Shown: piece after piece, positions 54,101 to 64,000 of the stretch | Numbering within the stretch: the stretch's first letter is position 1 | How the letters are laid out: the number at the start of each line of letters is the position of its first letter | Assembly (NCBI RefSeq): GCF_009914755.1 | Contig: NC_060947.1 | Reading direction: 5' to 3' (one strand) | Length of the DNA: 64,000 bases | From: the human T2T-CHM13v2.0 reference genome, Homo sapiens | Translations under genes and position numbers: made by a program | The notes under the pieces: model-generated | What the model was told of the DNA's origin: nothing | Databases searched by the model: none | What the model saw: only the letters and a program-made list of their open reading frames with translations

Positions 54101-54906
54101 AGGAGACTCACCTAACACATAAGGACTCACATAAACCTAAAGTAAAGGGGTGGAAAAAGGCATTTCATGCAAATGGACACCAAAAGCGAGCAGGGGTAGC
54201 TATTCTTATATCAGACAAAACAAACTTTAAAACAACAGCAGTTAAAAGAGACAAAGAGGAACATTATACAATGGTAAAAGGCCTTGTCCAACAGGAAAAT
54301 ATCACAATCCTAAGCATATATTCACCTAATACTGGAGCCCCCAAATTTATAAAACAATTACTAATAGACCTAAGAAATTAGATAGATGGCAACACAATAA
54401 TAATGGGGGACTTCAGTACTCCACTGACAGCACTAGACAGGTCATCAAGACAGAAAGTCAACAAAGAAACAATGGATTTAAACTATACCTTGGAACAAAT
54501 GGACTTAACAGATAGTTACAGAACATTTCATCCAACAACCACAGAATATACATTCTATTCAACAGCACATAGAACTTTCTCCAAGATAGACCATATGATA
54601 GGCCCGAGCCTCAATAAATTTAAGAAAATTGAAACTATATCAAGCACGCTCTGAGACCACAGTGGAATAAAACTGGAAATCAACTCCAAAAGGAACCTTC
54701 AAAACCATGGAAATATATGGGAATTAAATAACCTGCTCCTGCATGAGTATTGGGTGAAAAATGAAATCAAGATGGAAATTAAAAAAATCTTTGAACTGAA
54801 TGACAATAATGACACAACCTACCAAAACCCCTGGGATACAGCAAAGGTGGTGGTAACAGGAAAGTTCATAGCCCTAAACGCCTTCATCAGAAAGACTGAA
54901 AGAGCT
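54101..54906 (+). mobile_element. L1PB ORF2 endonuclease-domain segment, inverted relative to 49001-53348
   Basis: ORF 54403-54654 (GDFSTPLTALDRSSRQKVNKET..FSKIDHMIG). Confidence 0.88.
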
Positions 54907-56560
54907 CAGGCCATTTTTGTGTTAGTATTTGCAGTCTTTTTCTATCTGTTTTGCTCCAAAGCGTTTTTCTTTGTACAAGTGAGAAATCAGTTTCAAATGA
55001 TGGTTTACACATAGAGGTGATCTTTGCCTTTGACTGACTCTTAGAATTTGACTTGGGTTTACATGTAGAGGTAGGTGATCTTCGGTCACTCTTTAAATCC
55101 ACTCTATGGATTTGCCTATTCTGCAATAAATGGAATCCATATGATATATGGCTTTTTGTGTCAGTATTCTGTTTTCAGGGTTCATCCATGTTATAGCATG
55201 TATCAGTACTTCATTCCTTTTTATAACTGAATACTATTCCCTTATATGAATATACCATATTTTGATTATCCATTCACCAGTTCATGGACATTTGAGTTGC
55301 TTCCACATTATGGCTATTATGAATAATGCTGCTATGAACATCTATGTACATGTTTTGTGGGGATATATGTTTTCAATTCTCTTCAATTGCTAGCTTCAAT
55401 TACTGTAGCTATGAGTAGAATTGCCAGGTCACATGGCAGTTCTATGTTTAACTTTTTGAGGAACCGCCAATTGTTTTCCAAAGTGGCTGCATCATTTTAC
55501 ATTCCAACCCCTATGTGTGAGAGTTGTAATTTCTCTACATCTACAATAACACTTCTTAATGTTTACCTTGGATTATAGATATCTTTCAGAGGGTAAAGTG
55601 GTATCTTATTATGGTTTTGATTTGTATTTCCCTAATGGCTAACTATGTAGATCATCTTTTCATGTTCTTCTTGGCTATTTGTGTACTTTCTTTTAAAATT
55701 CTATGTCTATTTAAATTCTTTGCCCAATTTTTATTGGATTATTTGTCTTTTAATTTTGAGTTGTAGGAGTTCTTTATATATTCTGGATGCTAGAGACTTA
55801 ACAGATATATGACAGGCAAATGTTGTTTTCCCATTCTGTTGGTTGTCTTCTCGCCTTTTTGATAGTGTCTTTTGAACATAAAAGTTTTAAATTTTGATGA
55901 AGTCCAATTTATCTATTTTTTTCTTTGGTTGCTTATAGTTTAGGTATCATGTCTAAGAGACCATTGCCTAAAAGGCCATTGCCTAATCCAGGATTACAAA
56001 GATTTATACTTATGTTTTCTTCTGAGAGTTTATAGCTTTTGCTCTTACAGTATAAGTCTTTGATCCATTTTGAGTTTTTTTTTAATATTGTATGTGATAG
56101 GGATCCAACTCTATTCTTTTCCATGTGGATATCCAGTTTTTCCAGCACCATTTATCCAGTTTTTCCAGCACCACTGCTGAAGACACTACTCCTCTCTTAT
56201 TGTCTGACATTGTCACCTTTGTCAAAAATAAGTTGATCATAGATGTATGGGCTTATTTAGTCCGTTGATCTATATGTCTGTCCTTATGTCAGTACCTTAT
56301 GTCAATAGGTAACTTTGTAGTAAGTTTAGAAGTGGAAAATGTGAGTCCTCCAAATTTGTTTTTCTATTTCAAGATTGTTTTGACTATTTTGGGTCCCCTA
56401 ACACTTCCATATGAATTTAGGGTCAGCTTGTCATTTTTGCAAAAAACAAAAAAAGTGAGGCTGGAATTTTGATAGGGATTCTACTGAATCTGTATTTCAA
56501 TTAGCGGAATATTGCCATCCTAAAAATATTAATTCTTTTAATCCTTAAAAATGAGATATC

Positions 56561-57454
<894 letters not shown>

Positions 57455-57695
57455 GTCTTTTACCATTTATTTAGGTCTTTAATTTCTTTCAGCCATGGTT
57501 TATAATTTTCAGTGTGTACGTCTTGCAGTTCTTTTGGCAAATTTATTTCTGAGTGTTTTATTTTTGTTGAAACTATTGTGAATGGAATTATTTCATCTCA
57601 TTCCTTGGTTGTGTTAATTCTACTGTTGAGTACATCAAAGGTCTTCATCTCTGTTCCTGTTTTTCATTTCTACCATTTCCATTTGATTCTTTCTT

Positions 57696-58206
57696 TTTTT
57701 ATTTCAATAGGTTTTTGGGGAACAGGTGGTGTTTTGTTACATGAAAAAGTTCTTTAGTGGTGATTTCTGAGATTTTGGTGCACCCATCACCTGAGCAGTG
57801 TACACTGGACCCAACGTGTAGTCTTTTATCTTTCACTCCACTCCCACCCTTTCCCTCAAGTCCCCAAAGTCCATTGTATCATTCTTATACCTTCATGTCC
57901 TCATAGCTTAGCTCCCATTTATGAGTGAGAACATGTGAAGTTTCTTTTTTCATTCCTAAACTACCAGCAATCCCACTCCTCAGTATCTACCCAGAGGAAA
58001 AGAAGTCATTATATGAAAAAGATACTTGTACATACATGTTTATAGCAGCACAATTTGCAACTGCAAAACTATGGAACCAGCCCAAATGCCCATCAATCCA
58101 TGAGTGGATAAAGAAAATGTGGTACATATATACCATGGAATACTACTTAGTCATAAAAAGGAACAATAAAATGGCATTTGCAGCAACCTGGGTGGAATTG
58201 GAGATA
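57696..58206 (-). mobile_element. Short L1PB insertion with 5' inversion (twin priming)
   Basis: Minus-strand 3' end (57696-~57957) is fused to a plus-strand L1 piece (~57960-58206). Perfect 15-bp TSD ATTTGATTCTTTCTT. Confidence 0.88.
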
Positions 58207-58516
58207 ATTTGATTCTTTCTTACAATTTATACTTTGCTGGATTTTAAGCTCTGTCAAGAATACAGGTAGTCAACAAATCTTTGGACTCTTTCTGTCATGA
58301 TCACTAAGGTACCCCAAGCACATAGCCCATTGTCTCGTAAGTACGCAATGAATAAATATTGACTTGAATGCAGTAGAAATTTGAGTTTTTCTTATAACCT
58401 TACAGAACCTGGAGGAACCCAGGGTCAATCCTAAGGAGTCTTGACCTTTTCTGGAATGGGGAAGGCAGACTAAATTAGGGCTTCTTAACCATCCATAGGG
58501 AAGAACCAATTGAAAA

Positions 58517-58790
58517 CTAACACAGGAATAGAAAACTAAATACCATATGTTTTCACTTATAAGTGGGAGCTAAATGATGAGAACACATGAACACATAGAG
58601 GGGAACAACACACACTGGGGCCTATCAGAGGGTGATGGGTGGGAGGAGGGAGAGCATCAGGAAAAATAACTAATGGGTACTAGACTTAATATCTGGATGA
58701 TGAAATAATCTGTACAAGCCCCTATGACACAGTTTACCTATGTAACAAACCTGCACATGTACCCCTGAACTTAAAACAAAAGTTTAAAAT
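58517..58790 (+). mobile_element. L1PA (older, L1PA10-13-like) 3' end
   Basis: cacttataagtgggagctaaatgatgagaacacat..gtaacaaacctgcacatgtacccctgaacttaaa. Confidence 0.8.
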
Positions 58791-58799
58791 TTTTTTCTA

Positions 58800-59034
58800 A
58801 TCATCACAAATGCTTTTCAAAATAAAATAAAAATAAATTACTATAAAAATGAAAAAGATATACAAAATACAAACTCATCTTTTAATTATTCAACAGACAT
58901 AAAAGTATTCTGTCAAATTGCTATATACACGTATCAAAGCTTATTTTCAATTTCTATGCCTGCCTTATTATACTGGAAACCAATATTTTTGTGTACTGGC
59001 ACCAGTCTGTGGACCACACTTTGAGTAGCACTGG
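58800..59034. mobile_element. hAT-Charlie DNA transposon fragment
   Basis: Terminal gtctgtggaccacactttgagtagcactg. Confidence 0.45.
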
Positions 59035-60059
59035 GTTGAGTAATCTCTGGGGTCTACAGTGTGGATTGCCTTCTCACAAGCATTCCAGGACACTGAGTCA
59101 GGTAGTTAAGGACAGATAAGACCAACAGCATCCTACAGAGTTCAAGTTACTAAATTCCAGAGTGTACTGGGAGTTCATCTAGAAAGCAGTACTGTTGAAC
59201 AGAAAGCTTACAATTTCCATATGGGCCAACATGTTATGCATTACTGACTGGGGCATCTGGGAGAAAACCAGAGCTCACACAGGTGTCTTAACTAGAGCAC
59301 TCATATTAACAACATGCATTTTTGCTTGTACTAATATATTAGGGGAAACACTGTTTTGCATTATGTGAAACCTACTACATAGAGCTAAAATTCAAATTAA
59401 CAGCTGCTATTCCAGAGCAAATTCACCCACCCAAAATGTCTTTGCCTCAATTTTCACACATTTCCTTTATTAAGTATCACACTTCAAAGTCATTCAGTGT
59501 TTTATTATTATTTTCCAGGATAAATTTCCTCTCCTTTCTCTTTTGTTTTTTTCTTCTTGCTTGATGGATATTAGAAGCTTAATCGCAGAACATACTTGCA
59601 GCATCAACTCGGTGTGACTTGTGGCACTAGATGCAAACACAGACACCAAAAAGCATTTTAAAATGCATTGCACTTCCAGGGAGAAGTACTTCATAAAGGG
59701 AAAAGAGAGGCATTTTTACTCCAGGGTGCACAATGACCCCTTCTCAATCAGGCAAGGCACATGGAAGCCCAGCTGTCTTGAGAGGAGGCAGATAGAGCCC
59801 CTTTATCCTTGAATGACTCCAAGTACCAGTGTTTGTTAATAATTGTCAACAATGTTTGGCTTTGTTTTTTCAATATTTTTAATTTTTATCTTAGAACCAG
59901 AAATATCTTTTTCTCTTCACTTCTGGGTCATGACTGTGCAAAATACTGGGGAAAATATTCATAAAATAGGTAATAAAATTTTCCTAATGGGAAGAAATGT
60001 ACTTGGAGTCTACAGTGCTGACTTAAGAAACATGTTGTTGAAGAATAGGGCAAAATTCT

Positions 60060-60605
<546 letters not shown>

Positions 60606-60749
60606 CAAATGCTAGGTGCTGTGGAAAAATCAGCTATTAATATAGATGTGTCCCTGTCCTTCAGAGAACTTCCAGTCTGCTTTTGGGGACTGAAATGAAA
60701 ACTTTGCTGCAGTGAACGGACCAAACTCTGGCCTTTTATTAAAGATTCA

Positions 60750-61625
60750 CTTATTCATTCATCTATTCATTCAACAATTCATTCCTTCAGTACCAACTCT
60801 GTGGCATGCACTGGGGATAGAATGGTAAATAAGGCCCCTCTATCCTCTCCCCTCTAGGGGAGACAGACAGTAAACAAACAATGATGAGAGACCAGGAGGG
60901 ATACACAAAGGATGGATACTTTGTGCAGGTTGGGGCAGCAGGGAAAGGTGGTGGGTGGGGCATTGAAGGCCAAGTTGGGACCAGAAGGATAAGTAGGAGT
61001 TCACCAAGTAAAAGGGGGATGGGAATTACAGGCAGAGGCGGGGGTTTGGGAGGTGGTTGTCAAGGCTTTCTCTCAACATTTGGTTGCAATATGGGCAATC
61101 TGGTTTCCTGGGACACCAGCCTGCCTGAGTGGGAAGAGCCCTTAGAAACTCTGGTTTTTAGAGGAAGTCTGAAGCCATGCAGATGTGATAATGCATGAAG
61201 TATTTGAAGAACATACATGTCATCTAATCTGGCTGGTTCTGGGATGTTGGGAGCAGAAAAGAGGAATGTGAGTGTGTGTGTGTCTTCTTCTGTCTTAGGG
61301 AGATGACTTGGTATTGAGTTTGGAAAGGCAAATTGTAAAAGGCTTGCCAAGACTTGAATGTCAAGTTAACAAGTTCAGGCCTTATCCTGAAGGTTGTAGG
61401 GGGATAGTTCTTTGAAAGGACAGACATGTATTTTAGAAAGGGAAAGCTGACTATATCTAGAGTATGAATGGATTGTCCAACTAGTTTAAACTTTGTGTTC
61501 TCTTCTGGAACATACGCTCCATGGGAGGAGGAACTGGGTGTGTTTTGCTTATCATTGAATCCTCAGCACAGTGCCTAGCATGTACTAGAGCCTCACTAAA
61601 TACTGTTTGAATAAATGAATGAGTG
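60750..61625. mobile_element. L2 fragments in both orientations
   Basis: ttcattcaacaattcattcc..ggcatgcactggggatag (minus). cagcacagtgcctagcatgt..ttgaataaatgaatgag (plus). Confidence 0.55.
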
Positions 61626-63389
61626 AAGTTGCTGAAAGTGTTCAGACAAGAGATGGTACAAGGTTGAACTATGCAATGATGAGTGTTTCATGTGATATTA
61701 AGGATATAAAATCAATGGAACCAGACAATCAAAATGGACGTACACTGCTTAGTGCTGGATAAGCATTCAGTAAGTAGTAGCCACTATTAGCTTTGTATCC
61801 ATGGTGAAATCTAAGCTAAGGTTTCTGGCTTGGGGTTCTAGGAACATGTTGGTCCTCAGTACTCACCAACAGTGTGGGAGTGGGTGAGCACGGAAAGGAA
61901 GATAATGAATTTAGTTAGACAATGAATTCGAGGAACTGTGGAGATTATTGGCAGTGATGATCCAGGAGGCACTGTAAACAATCCTTAGGTATTCTGTCCT
62001 ACTATTAGCAGGGTACCATGTGGCAACCAAGGCCAAACAACATAAATGCAAATGCCACTATCATCCTGAAGGCTTGGATTTAATTTGGGTCCTGGGCAGT
62101 GTGGCTCTCAGGAGCCTATGGTCAGGAGAGGCTCTCCATAGGGTTAGGGTTAGGATAGATGAACTTGCTGAGATTTGGGGGAGTTTGAGAATTTTTTTGA
62201 CTCGAGCTTGGAAAACAGAGAATGATGATGAGGATGAACAGTCAGTGTCATCAAGAAGAGGTCTACTGAGTAGGCTTACTTATGGTCCAGGTTCAGCAGA
62301 TTGACGTCCTGCCTCTTCTAGCTCTCAGGACATGAGGAAGAACAGGTACATGACACCTAGGTCTCCTTTTGCTCTTTGAAATAGCTGAAGATTTTTTAAC
62401 AACTGCAAATATCTAGATTGGATTTCAATCTGATGGTGAGCAAATAGTTGAGTCCAGTCAAATTATGTCTTCTTTCTTCCTGGCCAGCTGGCTCCCCCTG
62501 GTCACTATTCCCCTTCTCACCCCTAGCAGGCCCCACCTGCCAACCCACCTGCCCAGCTGCCTGCCTGCCTGCCTGTATGTCTTCCCACCCACCTGGCTGA
62601 CTGGCTGCACAGGCTCTCAAGTGCCCTCAGGCTGCTTCAATTCCAGTTGGCATTGGCTGCCTAGACCACAAAAAGGATTCTTCTTGTAGTAATTTACTTT
62701 CAGTCTCCCAGTGAAAAGAAAAGTCACCCAGTAAAGATAATGTTGTCAATGTAGCCAATTCTGCTCTTCATAGTTCCTGGGGATTTAGTGAGAATGGATG
62801 GTGTTTTAAGAATCACCCAACTGTTTGAGCCCAGGATGGACGGCCTGTTCCCCTGGGGCCTCTGTGAAGCCCACTCTGGGGAAGAGATGAGGTAATCTAA
62901 CTGGGAAAGAGGATGGCCAGGCTGGGCAATGCAACCCTCCTCTCCATCGGATACTGATTTTATTTTCCACCTATCAAGCATATTTCCACCGTTTGCCATT
63001 GGGTAGTCAACAGTGGAGAGACCCAGACTTTTCCCAAGCCGTGGAGGTTGGCTGGGCATGTGAGCACCCTACTCTGATTTTGGGCACACAAGGTAGGTGT
63101 ACCATTAGTGGTCATGACCAAACTGAATCCTACTCTTAAATCAAGTGCTGGGCTCACTTATTAGCTCCTGTCCTTAGATTTTTCTGGGAAGATGTCTTTG
63201 CTCAGCTTTTAGCAAAATACTGCCGGGGAAGTTTGAAGTGTGACTGGTACCTCTTCTGGCTAGCTGCTCACACTGAATTCTGTGGAGGAATCCTTGAGCC
63301 TGGAGATATCTTAGCTCTTGTTCTCATTTATCTCATCGGATAAAATTTACATTGACTACATTACATTTTTAAGGTAGTTTGGCTGCCAC

Positions 63390-63570
63390 TACCTCATTAA
63401 AGTGCACAATAATCCGGTGACAGCCACACAGAGCAAGAACTGTCACCCCACTTTATGAAGGAGGAAGCTTAAGCTTAGAGAGGTGAAACAAGTGGCTCCA
63501 GGTGAAACAGCTCAGAACTGCCTGAACTGAGACCTGAACTTAGATTGTTTACTTCCCAGGTCAGTACTTC
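63390..63570 (-). mobile_element. MIR
   Basis: ccccactttatgaaggaggaagcttaagcttagagaggtgaaac. Confidence 0.6.
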
Positions 63571-63899
63571 TTTCATTCCCTCACACTAGCAGGCACTTAG
63601 TCTATAGGGGATCATGTGAAGCTAGCAGACAAATGACATTCACAAGCGTCATAATGGGGGAGGGTGGCAGCTGAACTAGGCTTGATGTTTTGCTGTGCTG
63701 CATTGCAACTTTGCCCAAGTGGTATGGGGTCAGGCTGCTTTGATTTTTAGTTCTTCAAGAGGTTCTCTTCTGTATAATATTGGTGCCTACTACAGATCGG
63801 CTAGCCCACAAGCATGCACTCTAGTCTTGGAAATTCAAATCAGAGTACTTTGATTTTCACAAAGAAAAACTGATTTATTTTATATCTAGAGTTATAGAA

Positions 63900-64000
63900 T
63901 TTCAGAGCTGGAAAGTAATTTAGATTATTAATCCAATTGCCTCAATCAATGGGCTAGGAAACTGAGGCTCAGAGGAGAGTAAACTAGTCACGGACACAGC
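63900..64000 (-). mobile_element. MIR (runs off the window end)
   Basis: ggaaactgaggctcagaggagagtaaactagtcacggacacagc. Confidence 0.6.

Noticed and set aside
50314-54654. L1 ORF2 (EN/RT) fragments as an active retrotransposon or RT-based system
   Set aside because: Fragmented by many stops and frameshifts, with no ORF1 or promoter. An ancient L1PB.
62020-63157. ORFs of 65-111 aa in non-repeat sequence as a gene or processed pseudogene
   Set aside because: No recognisable homology, no consistent splice structure, and no poly-A/TSD. A tBLASTx search would be needed.

Overview
Primate (very likely human) genomic DNA containing the 3' part of VMA21 (V-ATPase V0 assembly factor; Xq28; X-linked myopathy with excessive autophagy gene) on the + strand. 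Visible parts are the end of intron 1, coding exon 2 (3706-3815), and the terminal exon (CDS 4990-5132) with a ~4.3 kb 3'UTR ending near 9438. The remaining ~54 kb has no gene I can recognise and is mostly transposon debris (Alu, L1, L2, MIR, MaLR/ERVL LTRs, hAT/Tigger/piggyBac MITEs). Almost all ORF-track ORFs are repeat-derived or chance. I see no new multi-gene system. The most unusual structures are: (1) a TSD-bounded chimeric retroelement joining an ERVL MLT2A LTR to a THE1/MaLR internal region (42054-43965); (2) a higher-order GC-rich tandem array just upstream of VMA21 exon 2; (3) two apparently twin-primed L1PB insertions, one with ~750 bp of foreign DNA at the inversion junction; (4) a MER85 piggyBac MITE at the core of a nested LTR stack; (5) a ~1 kb AT-only minisatellite. 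Repeat subfamily names come from recalled consensus sequences, not from a search, and repeat boundaries are approximate.
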